Assembly: GCA_964609705.1 (NCBI GenBank)
Contig: CAZSTT010000004.1
Span: forward strand, 13,183 to 48,721
Source of the DNA: an uncultured Thermodesulfobacteriota bacterium
GTDB taxonomy: Bacteria > Desulfobacterota > RBG-13-43-22
Length of the DNA stretch: 35,539 nt
Direction: 5' to 3'
In this document: one piece after another, positions 18,349-27,966 of the stretch
Numbering within the stretch: the first letter of the stretch is position 1
Layout: each line of letters begins with the position of its first letter
The notes under the pieces: model-generated
What the model saw: only the letters and a program-made list of their open reading frames with translations
What the model was told of the DNA's origin: nothing
Database searches by the model: none
Made by a program: the position numbers and the translations under genes

Positions 18349-18554
18349 GATAAACCTCCTTTTCAAATTTAACGGTTAACTTCCAATCTCCGGTTGGGTA
18401 AAGTGACTCCCTTGTTTCTCATTAAAAAGTTCTTTCAGCATCATATCCACCAGAATCCAGGTCATCCCATTCCTTTTCAAAAATGGGATTAATTTAATAA
18501 ATAGGTTGATCAAAAATCGATCAGTAATACTATTGCCATATAACTTAATGTCTG

Positions 18555-19103
18555 TCAAATCAATCCCGGGATGAACATCTTGGTGGTTTTTCGGTAGCGG
18601 GTATATTCCTCCCCGAATCTGGCCAAGTTTTCCTTTTCTTCCGTCTTGGCGGTGGTTACCAGAAAGGCCGATATCCCCAGGGCCAAAATCCCGCTCCCTA
18701 TCGTTGTATGTTTAAAAAAGGCCCCCCAAGCCATCAATAACAGGGAGGCGTAAAGAGGATGACGGATATATCGGTAGGCGCCAATGGTCACAATATTAGC
18801 GGTGTTTTCAAATCCCCAATCGGAGGATCCTTGAACTGCGGCCTGGGGTTTACCGATTACCCGGAGGAGGTAAAATCCGTGGATGGCCAGAATAAGGGAG
18901 GCCGACAATAAAACCCAGGAAATCAGTTGAGGAACGGAAAAAGGATTTTCGAACCAAAACCCGAAGTTGTTCAATAAAAGGGCCAGCAGCAGCTCAAAGG
19001 CAAAAAAGCGGTGGAAACCGTGGGAATGAGGTTTGGGCAAAGATTTCCAGGAAATAAAAACAACCCCCACAGAAGCCAATCCAAAAACAATCCATTTGAC
19101 CAT
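18555..19103 (-). CDS. Isoprenylcysteine carboxyl methyltransferase / PEMT family membrane protein
   Basis: GAYRYIRHPLY and EEKENLARFGEEYTRY; several TM helices. Confidence 0.85.
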   Translation of the reverse strand: MVKWIVFGLASVGVVFISWKSLPKPHSHGFHRFFAFELLLALLLNNFGFWFENPFSVPQLISWVLLSASLILAIHGFYLLRVIGKPQAAVQGSSDWGFENTANIVTIGAYRYIRHPLYASLLLMAWGAFFKHTTIGSGILALGISAFLVTTAKTEEKENLARFGEEYTRYRKTTKMFIPGLI

Positions 19104-19115
19104 TATTGGCTCACA

Positions 19116-19359
19116 CATCAATAGGAAATTTTGACATCAAGTTTGAATCCCAGCCTCGGCAACAAACAGTTCGAATGGTTGGTTCAGTATTAAAGTCTTC
19201 GTCTCCAAAGGTTTCAACATGAGAACGAATGGCAGATTCAAGATCATACAGGGCTTCTTCATAGGCATTCCCCTGTCCAACAACAACCCCCTTAATTCCC
19301 AAGGGATAGGCAACATAGCTGCCGGGATGTTTTCCTACAACGATCTTATATTGTTTTAT
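19116..19359 (-). pseudogene. Decayed hicB-like antitoxin plus the first codons of its hicA-like partner
   Basis: RBS AAGGGG, then ATA in place of ATG, then KQYKIVVGKHPGSYVAYPLGIKGVVVGQGNAYEEAL...HVETFG (short HicB fold). A frameshift precedes ELFVAEAGIQT*. The stop overlaps an ATG (TGATG at 19135-19139) starting MSKFPID, which then breaks off. Confidence 0.65.
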
Positions 19360-19555
19360 AAAATCCCCTTATTGATTCTTAGATAATCATACCACGCTTC
19401 TTGAATTTTAACCAGCATATCCTGGCGGCGGCGTTCAGGCAACGTTCAAAGTCAAAAGAAGAACGTAGACTTTGAATGTTTAATCGAGCACTCCGTAATT
19501 TGTCCGTTGCAGGCAGGACTTGAAAAAGAAAACAGGGGCGGCGTCCCTCGTTCCC

Positions 19556-20212
19556 TCAGTTGATATCGTAAATTGTTTTAACAGCGTAATACAAGGCCAT
19601 GAACCCAAATAGTATCAGGCAAAGATTTGAAAAAAGAATCAGCCAATTTTTTAATGGATCGCTTATTCTCTTTTTTAATTTACTGACGATAAATATAAGT
19701 GGAACAAACCAAATCAACACTCCCAGCATAATAAAAGATACCGTTACTATCCCATACTTTTTATAATTTGGAAATTTATGATTCCAAATTAAGAAGAAAT
19801 TCCCGGCCACAACCATCCAACCCACGATGGTCAAGGGGTTAGATAGGGTGATTACAATCCCGGAAATAAAGGTGGCCAGAGGACTGGATTGAAAACCGGG
19901 TTTACTTTCTTCGATCCCTTGGTTCTTGCTTGTTGAGTTTATCGATGAGATTCCAAGAATGATCAATATCATTCCACAAACAATCCAAAGCGTGATTTTT
20001 AAATAGTGATTATTGGAAATGAGATTGGCAACCCCAAGATAAACAAGGGTTATATAAAAGATATCCGACAGGCAGGATCCCAAGGTGAAAATGGCGCTGT
20101 TTCTGAATCCATATTGAAGGGCTCTTTGACAAGCTACAATAGTAACTGCGCCCGGAGGAACCGCAACAACTATACCTAATAAAACTGCTGATACTAAATA
20201 TTCAAGTAACAT
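19556..20212 (-). CDS. LysE/RhtB family translocator
   Basis: AVPPGAVTI...GFRNS...GSCLSDIFY and FISGIVITLSNP; about six TM helices. Confidence 0.85.
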   Translation of the reverse strand: MLLEYLVSAVLLGIVVAVPPGAVTIVACQRALQYGFRNSAIFTLGSCLSDIFYITLVYLGVANLISNNHYLKITLWIVCGMILIILGISSINSTSKNQGIEESKPGFQSSPLATFISGIVITLSNPLTIVGWMVVAGNFFLIWNHKFPNYKKYGIVTVSFIMLGVLIWFVPLIFIVSKLKKRISDPLKNWLILFSNLCLILFGFMALYYAVKTIYDIN

Positions 20213-20501
20213 CTTGACTCAAATCTATTTTCGTCCTTTCGCAGAAAAATGGGTGACCCCAGTGACTCCTGTAGTTTTTGTTCGGGGCTTAACGAGTACC
20301 GTACAAGATGATATCCTGGTCAAGTCGTTACCCCATGGACGGCCCTCTTTCAGTAGGGTAATTCAGCACCAGCATCTCATTCTATAAGAATCATAGGTCA
20401 AATGGAGACTCGACCCCTTTATTACTGTAGTTTTTTGAATTATCTGCAAACCTTTTCTGTCAACCTTTATCCGGTGGTTATCCCCTAATATTAAAAAGTA
20501 T

Positions 20502-20535
20502 TTGACAAAATTACCATGATGTGTACTAATACACA
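20502..20535 (+). promoter_or_regulatory. hicAB promoter and palindromic operator
   Basis: TTGACA at 20502-20507. TGTGTA-N4-TACACA palindrome at 20520-20535 covers the expected -10 region and abuts the hicA ATG. Confidence 0.65.
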
Positions 20536-20536
20536 C

Positions 20537-20725
20537 ATGGATAGCCGGAAAATTATAAAGATGCTCGAATCGGATGGTTGGTACAAGGTTGATCAATCCG
20601 GCTCACACCTTCAGTTCCGGCACCCATCGAAAAAGGGGCGGGTTACAGTTCCGCATTCCCAAAAAGATATTCCAATGGGCACACTTAAAAGTATTGAACG
20701 CCAATCAGGAATTATATTCAAATAG
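20537..20725 (+). CDS. hicA: HicA family mRNA interferase toxin
   Basis: LESDGW...GSHLQFRHP...GRVTVPH..KDIPMGTLKSI, with the catalytic GSH His present. Confidence 0.92.
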   Translation: MDSRKIIKMLESDGWYKVDQSGSHLQFRHPSKKGRVTVPHSQKDIPMGTLKSIERQSGIIFK

Positions 20726-20734
20726 GTGACCAAC

Positions 20735-21151
20735 ATGGCTAATTATATTGCGGTCGTTCATAAAGATCGAAAGAGTGATTTCGGGATATCCTTTCCTGAT
20801 TTTCCGGGTTGTGTAACCGCAGGAAAAACAATCGATGAAGCCAAGGATATGGCCCACGAGGCCCTTTCTTTCCATATAAAAGGTATGATTAAAGATGGTG
20901 AGAATATACCAGCTCCATCAAAACTTGAAGACATCATGGATGATCCTGACTATTCAGATTCCGCCGCGATCCTCATCGTTTCTGTGACTGAGACCAAACC
21001 TCGATCCGTTCGGGTAAACATAACTTTACCGGAAGATACGTTGCGTAAAATTGATAAGGCTGCCCAAAAAAAGGGTATGTCTCGATCTTCTTACCTGGTT
21101 CATGCTGCTCAAAATGCTATCTCGTCTATTCAAAACGATCATTCATTATAA
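20735..21151 (+). CDS. hicB: HicB antitoxin with C-terminal ribbon-helix-helix domain
   Basis: FGISFPDFPGCVTAGKTIDEA...EAL, and RHH segment VRVNITLPEDTLRKIDKAA...SRSSYL. Confidence 0.92.
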   Translation: MANYIAVVHKDRKSDFGISFPDFPGCVTAGKTIDEAKDMAHEALSFHIKGMIKDGENIPAPSKLEDIMDDPDYSDSAAILIVSVTETKPRSVRVNITLPEDTLRKIDKAAQKKGMSRSSYLVHAAQNAISSIQNDHSL

Positions 21152-21159
21152 AAACTTCT

Positions 21160-24100
21160 TCATATTATCTCATGCTCTTTTTGTATCGCCGTAAAATAAA
21201 GGAAAAGGCGGATGAGGGACGGATCGAGGGAACGGGCGTGGGCCAGCATTTCCCGGTAGGCCAGTAATTGTTTCCGGTACAACACATCCTGCTCTTGTAA
21301 AAAGGTTTCCACCACCATCCCTTCCGGCAGCGGGGTGGTCTTATAATCGACCAGGAACCATTCCCGGCCGTTAAAAATGATGCGGTCAATCACCCCGCTG
21401 CGCAGCGTGTGTTCTTCCACCTGATCTTCCAGAGCCCATTCGCAGGCGGAAAAAGGATGATCGGTGCGGAGAATATTGGCGCAGAAGGGCTCTTGTTGAC
21501 AGTTGCTTATTTCCTCCAAGATAGGGCCGGCCATAGCCTGGGACATTTCAAGATCTATGCCTTCGGCCGTCAGCGCCCGGACCAGGGCTTTTCCCGTGGG
21601 AAGGCCCTTTCCCATCCCCAGGTGTTCCAGTATTCGATGGATAACCGTGCCTCGGGCCATTCCATAAGGCCCTTGGAATTCTTCCTGCAGGAAATCGGCC
21701 GTCCGGTCCGCTTCCTCCGGAAACAGATCCTCTTCATGGAGTCCCGAAGGCAGGATCATTCGATAGGGAATCGGCTCCGATTCAAAGGGCAGGGAAAGGA
21801 TCTCTTCCCTGCTTAATGGTTGGATCGGTTCCTTAGCTTTCTCGGGTCTTTGGGGGTCATAACGGATCTCCAGGAAATTTTCTTTCCCGGGATGGTTTAA
21901 GAGGTACTCCAGAAGGGAATGTTTCGGGGCCTTTTCCTTCTCCTCCTCCCGGGAATAAAGACCGCTCAGGAAAAGGTTCTTTTTGGCCCTGGTCAGGGCC
22001 ACATAATAGAGCCGTTTGGCCTCTCCCAGTGCCCGTTCTTTTTTTAAATTCTTCAGTAATCCCAAAACCCCCGGATCATTTTGGGTCCGGCGGTCCGGTT
22101 TTAAAGCAATAAGGTGTTCTTCCCTTTCTCCCGGGAGCCGCTCTATCAGATAAGGAAGATCCGATCGTTGACTCCCTTCCAAGGGATTGCGGTCCAGGTG
22201 GGGGAGGAAGACGGTATCAAACTCCAGGCCTTTGGCATGATGGACGGTCATGATCGTCACCGGGGAACGGGAGGCCAGTGGGTCCGGCGGGGCATAGGCC
22301 GAAGCCAGGAGTAATTCCAGGTGGGACAGGGTTTCTTCCGGCAAACCTTTTTCGGCCAGAAAAAGAAGGTGTAAAAATTGGCGGCAGTTTCGAACGCCGG
22401 CTAAACCGTAACGCTCGGCCACCAGCCGTGGGCCTGATAATTCTTCCCAGATTTTCTGCACCAGCCGATGCATAGGGAGACGGCCGACCTGGTTCTGATA
22501 ACTTCCCAAAACCTGTCCCAGATTTTTAACGGACTCCCGGGCCTGGGGCATTTGAGAGAAGGCCAATATTTTTTCGGCCATGGAGGTCATTGGAATTTGC
22601 GAGATAAGGAGCAAATCGGCCAATCCGATCCAACACCAGGCCGAGCGCACCAAAGAGGCCCAGGCCAGATCATCCTGGGGACGAACCAAAGACCGGGTCA
22701 GGGCCAGCAGGTCCTGAACCTCCGGCCGGGCCTCAAGATTAAGGCCTTCCCGGACCTGGACCTGTAATCCCTGTTCATATAGGGCCTTCAGATAAAAGGG
22801 CAGATGGGTCCGGGCGAAAAGGAGAATGCCTATGGATCCGGACCGGGGGTCCCGGACGGTCCGGCTTACCGTCCCGGCTAACCAGTCGGCTTCTTTGAGA
22901 CGGGACTCACTGGAATCCTCTTCTTGAGTGAAGAGGGTCAGCTTAATGGTGCCGGGGTCCCTGGTTAATATTTCCGGGGCCGGTTGAGCTTTCAGGAAAG
23001 GGACCTCATCCGCTTCCAGGTTGGGCTGAGTCATAATAGTTTTGGAGAAAAGATCGTTGGTGAAGTCGATCAGGTTTTTTCGAGACCGGAAATTGGTGCT
23101 GATATAAAGAGGTTTCAAAGGCAAGAGGCCCTGCCCCGGAAGGGGAAGGCCGTTCCGGGCCTTCATGAAAAGGGAGACCTCGGCCTTGCGGAAGCCATAA
23201 ATGGATTGTTTGGGATCTCCGACGATAAAAAGGGTCCGCCCGTCGCCCGGGTTCCATCCGGCGCAAAGGTATTGGATAAGCAGCCACTGGTTCAGGCTGG
23301 TATCCTGAAATTCATCCACCAGGATATGGCTGAGGCGCTGGTCGAGAATGAGTTGCAGATCCGTGGGGGTCTCATCGCTTCCCAGGACCCTCAAGGCGGC
23401 CTGTTCCAGTTCGACAAAGTCGATGACCCCTTGTTTCCGGCATAACCCCCGATAATGATCCACCACCTGACTGACCAGAAGGATCAAATCAAAAAGCAAA
23501 CCCACATCGACCGGTGATGTATCCGGCAAAGGAAATGATTTGATCTTGTGCAGCCGTTCCAAAACCGGTTGAGTCAGGGATTCCAGATAATCCGCCCAGG
23601 GAGTGTTTTTAAATCCGGAATAAAAACCGTTTTTCGGGCCGAATTGTTTTCGGGCCGTACCGCTTTTGGTAGTACTTAGCTCGGCAATTACCTGCCAGGC
23701 CGGAAGATCCTCCCAGCCGCTGCCCGGTAAAACACCGGTCATTTGCCCGGCAGCGGCCACTCCTTTGAGGACCAGATGATCATAAAAAAGACTCCAGTGC
23801 CGCCCAAGATCGGTGGATTCCAGGTAACCCTTTAAGGCCTGCAGATGACGGCCTATTAAAAATCCCAAGCGATCTCTTAACAACAGATCCAGGCGAGCCG
23901 GGTCGGGGTGTCCCTTGACCACCTTTAACAGGTCCGACAAGAGGTCTCGTTGAGCGGTTAATTGAGCCAGATCGGAGGCCAGGGCCTGCCAGTTGTTATT
24001 GAAATAAAGCAGGATTTTTTCCAGTGCTTTTCGATTCGGATTCAGGGGGGGCAAGGCCATCAGGAGCTGTTGGGTGCGGCGGAGGGATTCCCGGATCAAT

Positions 24101-24549
24101 TCATCCTGTTCCTCCTCGGCCAGGATGGCAGCTTCCAGAGGGACCTGGGCTTCGACCGGGGCCTGTTTGATAATTTGATTGCAGAAACTGTGAAAGGTTG
24201 TGATCTGGAGGCCGTCAGAGGCCCGGATAAGATGCTGGTGAGCCCTATGTTTCTTTAAGGCCTTTCGGGCGACAGCAAAAAGGTCATCCATCCAGGCCGA
24301 ACCAGGAGCAGTCTCCCGCTCGGCCTGGAGAAGGATCGTCTGGATTCTTTCCTGCATTTCATGGGCTGCTTTATTGGTAAAAGTCAGGGCCAGGATTTCC
24401 CGGGGATGGTTAACTTGAGCCAACAGGTGGATAAAACGGGCGGTCAAAAGAGAAGTCTTCCCCGCCCCGGCCGGAGATTCCACATGGAAGCTTGCTTCGG
24501 GTGAGAGGGCCTCCTGGCGTATGGAGAGATCGGGTAGTGCCTCAGTCAT
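21160..24549 (-). CDS. addA: AddA-like UvrD/SF1A helicase-nuclease
   Basis: PAGAGKT, LTFTNKAA, VDEFQDTS, VGDPKQSIYGFR, NFRS, MTVHHAKGLEFD and RLYYVALTRA; C-terminal RecB nuclease GVIDR...VDYKT...QLLAY. Confidence 0.85.
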   Translation of the reverse strand: MTEALPDLSIRQEALSPEASFHVESPAGAGKTSLLTARFIHLLAQVNHPREILALTFTNKAAHEMQERIQTILLQAERETAPGSAWMDDLFAVARKALKKHRAHQHLIRASDGLQITTFHSFCNQIIKQAPVEAQVPLEAAILAEEEQDELIRESLRRTQQLLMALPPLNPNRKALEKILLYFNNNWQALASDLAQLTAQRDLLSDLLKVVKGHPDPARLDLLLRDRLGFLIGRHLQALKGYLESTDLGRHWSLFYDHLVLKGVAAAGQMTGVLPGSGWEDLPAWQVIAELSTTKSGTARKQFGPKNGFYSGFKNTPWADYLESLTQPVLERLHKIKSFPLPDTSPVDVGLLFDLILLVSQVVDHYRGLCRKQGVIDFVELEQAALRVLGSDETPTDLQLILDQRLSHILVDEFQDTSLNQWLLIQYLCAGWNPGDGRTLFIVGDPKQSIYGFRKAEVSLFMKARNGLPLPGQGLLPLKPLYISTNFRSRKNLIDFTNDLFSKTIMTQPNLEADEVPFLKAQPAPEILTRDPGTIKLTLFTQEEDSSESRLKEADWLAGTVSRTVRDPRSGSIGILLFARTHLPFYLKALYEQGLQVQVREGLNLEARPEVQDLLALTRSLVRPQDDLAWASLVRSAWCWIGLADLLLISQIPMTSMAEKILAFSQMPQARESVKNLGQVLGSYQNQVGRLPMHRLVQKIWEELSGPRLVAERYGLAGVRNCRQFLHLLFLAEKGLPEETLSHLELLLASAYAPPDPLASRSPVTIMTVHHAKGLEFDTVFLPHLDRNPLEGSQRSDLPYLIERLPGEREEHLIALKPDRRTQNDPGVLGLLKNLKKERALGEAKRLYYVALTRAKKNLFLSGLYSREEEKEKAPKHSLLEYLLNHPGKENFLEIRYDPQRPEKAKEPIQPLSREEILSLPFESEPIPYRMILPSGLHEEDLFPEEADRTADFLQEEFQGPYGMARGTVIHRILEHLGMGKGLPTGKALVRALTAEGIDLEMSQAMAGPILEEISNCQQEPFCANILRTDHPFSACEWALEDQVEEHTLRSGVIDRIIFNGREWFLVDYKTTPLPEGMVVETFLQEQDVLYRKQLLAYREMLAHARSLDPSLIRLFLYFTAIQKEHEII

Positions 24550-24570
24550 TTTTTAATCCGAAAAAAACAG

Positions 24571-24655
24571 GTTCAAAGTTCAAACTGCAAAATGTAAAGT
24601 GCAAAAGGAAAATGGGTGGTGGAGTCTAATGTTCAATATTCAAGGTTCGAAGTCC
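24571..24655. repeat. Degenerate heptamer tandem repeats between addB and addA
   Basis: GTTCAAA GTTCAAA CTGCAAA ATGTAAA GTGCAAA AGGAAAA, then AATGTTC AATATTC AAGGTTC GAAGTCC. Confidence 0.55.
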
Positions 24656-24670
24656 AACAGGTTGCTGCCA

Positions 24671-27418
24671 TCAGCTTTGAGCTGACTTCCAAAAGGTGCA
24701 CAGAGTCTTATAAGAGCAATAAGTGCAGGCCCCTTGATTCTTTCCTTTAGGTTCCGGTCGGGGGTCGGGCGAGAAATCATTGGCCTTTAATTTTTCCCCA
24801 ATCCGCCCGATTTCATTTTCCCAATCCGGCAAACAGGCCTCCCAGGCCGAAGTCTCCGGCCAGAGGTCTTTCATGATCATTTCTCCTTCTGATTTAAGAG
24901 CGATATATCCGGCCCTGGAACTCCCCGAGGATTTTTTTTGCAATTCGTCCATGGTTTTTAAGGCCAGGAGGTACAAGGGTAACTGGGGGGCCAGGAAATT
25001 CTTATGGATGTCGCTGGAAGGAGGAAGAGCGCCTGTCTTGTAATCCCAACAACAGACTTCCCCCAGGGGTTCGTTGAGGTCGAGGCGGTCGATGCGGCCT
25101 TGTACGGAAAAAGACCAGGATGGAAAATGGAGATCAAAAAAAGAGATCTCCTCCTTCTCCCAGCGCCAGCCTCTTTCCCAATGTTCCTTTTCCGTTTCCA
25201 TCCAGATGCGCAGGAGCCCGCTTAGACTTTCTCCTTCACCGATCAGCCGTATTTTTTCTACCAGCCAGTGAGGATTGGAGGTTTTATCCCCGAGCGATTC
25301 ATCCACACATTGAGTAATTACGGTTTCCATCGTTTTTTGATCGGTCAGCGGAATTCCCCGGGAGCGCAGGGTCCTGGTTATCGTGGCCAGAATTTTATGC
25401 AGGGTCTCTCCCTTTTCCAAAGGAGAAATCCCGATGACGATTTCATCCAGAGGAGAAATTCGCAGCCGTTGTTCGACAAAATATTTAAAGGGACAGGCCA
25501 GAAGAGTTTCCACTGCGGTCACGGAAAGATTGGAGCCCGGAGGGGGGATTTCGACTCCGCCGGACCGGCAGGGAAAAGAATTCCGAGCGGTTTCCGAAGT
25601 CGGGGGACTTCCCGGGACCGGAGCAAAGGAAATATCCAGGGGCGGATGGGCCAGGGGATAATTTTGCATCCCCTGAAGGGTTTGTTTAAGCCATTCGGCC
25701 CGGGGCCAAACCTTTCCGGGGACGGCCCAGTAGTTTCGCCCCCCTTTTTCAGACTGGGATGGCCAAAAAGGAGAAGGAGGAACAGGGTCTCCCTTTTCTT
25801 CTTCCGGCCGGGTCAGCACCATTTTGGGGGAGGCGGTTTTGAGATGAGAGAAGGAAACCCGGGCAAAATCAAACTGGCTTTGTAAAGTCGCCCCCTGGAC
25901 CAGTTTTCGTTCTTCGGGGCCCAGAAAGGGAAAGGTTCGGATCGGCTGCGGCAGGCTCCCCTGGGAAAGGCCGGCCAGAAAGAGGTGATCAAAGGCCAGT
26001 CCTCTGGACTCGATCAGACCCAGGACCTGTATCCCGGATTGCTCATAACCGGGTTCATTAACCAGGGTTTGACTGAGCAGGTATTTCAACCAGGCAAAAA
26101 ACTGAGGCCCGTCCAGATCTTCGTTTCTTAAATCGCGGCTTAGATCCTGAAGGGATTGCCGAAGGTGTTGGTAGATCCCTTCTTCGCCCGACAGGGCTAG
26201 GGCCGGAAAGCCGAGGAGTTGCCAGCAATGCAACAGGGAATCCACCCAATCGGCCACGGCTTGGCGCGGTTGATTTAAAATTGTTAAGAGGGAGACCAGG
26301 CTTTCTTCCGAGGGGTTCATAAAAGATAAGCCGGGGAAATGGTCATGTTTAAGGCCGTTAAGAAGGGCTTCCAGACCAGAATCCAGGGAATGCCTGCGCC
26401 AGATCAAGTCCGCCTGGGCCAGTTGGGGGTGTTGGCCTCTCCAGATTCGATAATAGGGGGAGAGGAGCAGAGAAAGAAACAGGGTTCGGGATTCCCCTTC
26501 CAGAAAAAAGCGTAAAGGCAGGATCCCGGCCTGAATCAAAGGGTGATCCCACAATGATTGTCCCAGGGAAATGTTGTAATTCCCCGATTCCTCCAAAATG
26601 GAAGGACCGATCAGTTCCCGGAAAGCGGAAGATATTAAAGGGGTATATTGGGAGAGATTGGGCACCATAATCCCGATACGATGCAGAGGAGACTGCTGAG
26701 CGGCTAATAAAACCTGCTCAGCAATCCAGGCCACCTCTTCTTCCTGATCGGGCAGACTAACGGCTGATAGGACCGGCTCCTGGGCCGCCCTGGTTAAACA
26801 GGAAACCGCCCCCCATCGTTTTTTTAACATTTTGAGCAGGTCCGATTCGATCGGGGCCGGGAATTCAAAACCTGTCAATAAAATCTTTTCCGAAAAAAAT
26901 ACAGCCTCAATAATCTTGGGGTCCAGTATTTTTTTCGGAAGGACCGAGGGATGAATGAATCCCTGTTCGGAAAGCAATTGTTCAAACCGTCGAAAGATCT
27001 TTTCCCGCCAGTGGAGGAGGGGGGTTGGGTAACCGTTTCCCAGGGGAGGAATTTTATCTCTAATCCGGACGCGATAGGTTTCATCCAGCAATTGAAAAAG
27101 CTGGATATTTGCGGAAAGCCCCTCGGGCAGGTCGAAGTTCTGGACCGTTTGCTCCCAAGTTTTCAGAATCTTCAGGGGAGGGGCCAGGGTTTCTTCCGGC
27201 CAGGAATTTCGCCAGGATTCCTGGAGCCAGGCATTCAGGCTCAGGATTTTAGGCGGCAGCCAGCCGGTACGGCCTTTTCCTATCCGGTCCAGGCGGAAGC
27301 GGTGGCGCAATTGCCTGGCCAACCGGCCGCCGGAGGTCAGGATCAGGGTCTGTTCATCCACCGCGGTGATAATTTTGGCTTGCAGGGCTTCCGTAGTAGA
27401 AGCTATCCAGTCAGACAT
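24671..27418 (-). CDS. addB: AddB-like inactive helicase / PD-(D/E)XK nuclease with Fe-S staple
   Basis: ESRGLAFDHLFLAGL, ACPFKYF, GRIDRLD, DYKTG, QLPLY and CTYCSYKTLC. Lies directly upstream of addA. Confidence 0.8.
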   Translation of the reverse strand: MSDWIASTTEALQAKIITAVDEQTLILTSGGRLARQLRHRFRLDRIGKGRTGWLPPKILSLNAWLQESWRNSWPEETLAPPLKILKTWEQTVQNFDLPEGLSANIQLFQLLDETYRVRIRDKIPPLGNGYPTPLLHWREKIFRRFEQLLSEQGFIHPSVLPKKILDPKIIEAVFFSEKILLTGFEFPAPIESDLLKMLKKRWGAVSCLTRAAQEPVLSAVSLPDQEEEVAWIAEQVLLAAQQSPLHRIGIMVPNLSQYTPLISSAFRELIGPSILEESGNYNISLGQSLWDHPLIQAGILPLRFFLEGESRTLFLSLLLSPYYRIWRGQHPQLAQADLIWRRHSLDSGLEALLNGLKHDHFPGLSFMNPSEESLVSLLTILNQPRQAVADWVDSLLHCWQLLGFPALALSGEEGIYQHLRQSLQDLSRDLRNEDLDGPQFFAWLKYLLSQTLVNEPGYEQSGIQVLGLIESRGLAFDHLFLAGLSQGSLPQPIRTFPFLGPEERKLVQGATLQSQFDFARVSFSHLKTASPKMVLTRPEEEKGDPVPPSPFWPSQSEKGGRNYWAVPGKVWPRAEWLKQTLQGMQNYPLAHPPLDISFAPVPGSPPTSETARNSFPCRSGGVEIPPPGSNLSVTAVETLLACPFKYFVEQRLRISPLDEIVIGISPLEKGETLHKILATITRTLRSRGIPLTDQKTMETVITQCVDESLGDKTSNPHWLVEKIRLIGEGESLSGLLRIWMETEKEHWERGWRWEKEEISFFDLHFPSWSFSVQGRIDRLDLNEPLGEVCCWDYKTGALPPSSDIHKNFLAPQLPLYLLALKTMDELQKKSSGSSRAGYIALKSEGEMIMKDLWPETSAWEACLPDWENEIGRIGEKLKANDFSPDPRPEPKGKNQGACTYCSYKTLCTFWKSAQS

Positions 27419-27545
27419 TTTTCCCAAAGAGGAGGTTGTTTAATTCATTCAGTTTTGTTTTGGGCCGTCATTCTTTGAAGGCGATACCGGAGGTTTCGGT
27501 CATTTTCTCAATTATCCTTGCCTGGTCATGTCTCGCTATGAGGAA

Positions 27546-27854
27546 TTATTGTCTGATTAAAAGGGTCCCGTAGGATATAGCGACATAGCCAAGAAAGAGT
27601 ATCGAGTTATATCCCGATGCGGCCCAAAACATTCCATCGATAATTCTTAGTTTTTTTTGGGTTTTGGGGTTGTCCAGGGTTAAATCATAGAAGTATTTTG
27701 CCGTTCCGGTCTTCCAGGCCTTATACCTGGAAAAGAGGGTAACCCCGCCAACGATACCACAAGAAAGGGCCAGGATACCGGGAACCGATTGCCTGATCCA
27801 AAAAGAGACAATGGATGACGCCACTAAACCGATATTGAGACCCAGCAATAACAA
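27546..27854 (-). CDS. Hypothetical small membrane protein (start uncertain)
   Basis: Three hydrophobic segments; TTG start with a weak RBS; no family recognised. Confidence 0.4.
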   Translation of the reverse strand: MLLLGLNIGLVASSIVSFWIRQSVPGILALSCGIVGGVTLFSRYKAWKTGTAKYFYDLTLDNPKTQKKLRIIDGMFWAASGYNSILFLGYVAISYGTLLIRQ

Positions 27855-27966
27855 AGTTTCTCTCCGCCTGATGTCATTATTGATCTTCTATTCCCGGAAT
27901 TATAATTTAGGTCAAACTTTACGGTAATTTTCATCCGGAAGCCTCGGATTTCCGGATGGGAACTTC

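Noticed and set aside
19441-19484. Possible integron attC site
   Set aside because: The ends do not fit RYYYAAC/GTTRRRY, and there is no integrase or second site.
20213-20400. Possible riboswitch upstream of the LysE gene
   Set aside because: No lysine, SAM, cobalamin or TPP consensus elements were recognisable. An Rfam scan would settle it.
25535-25625. Pro/Gly-rich stretch in addB as an in-frame palindromic insert
   Set aside because: The inverted-repeat match is only partial, so it may be a simple linker. An alignment with orthologues is needed.
21160-27418. Helicase plus Cas4-like Fe-S nuclease as a novel defence system
   Set aside because: Size, order and motifs match ordinary AddAB repair genes in a housekeeping context.
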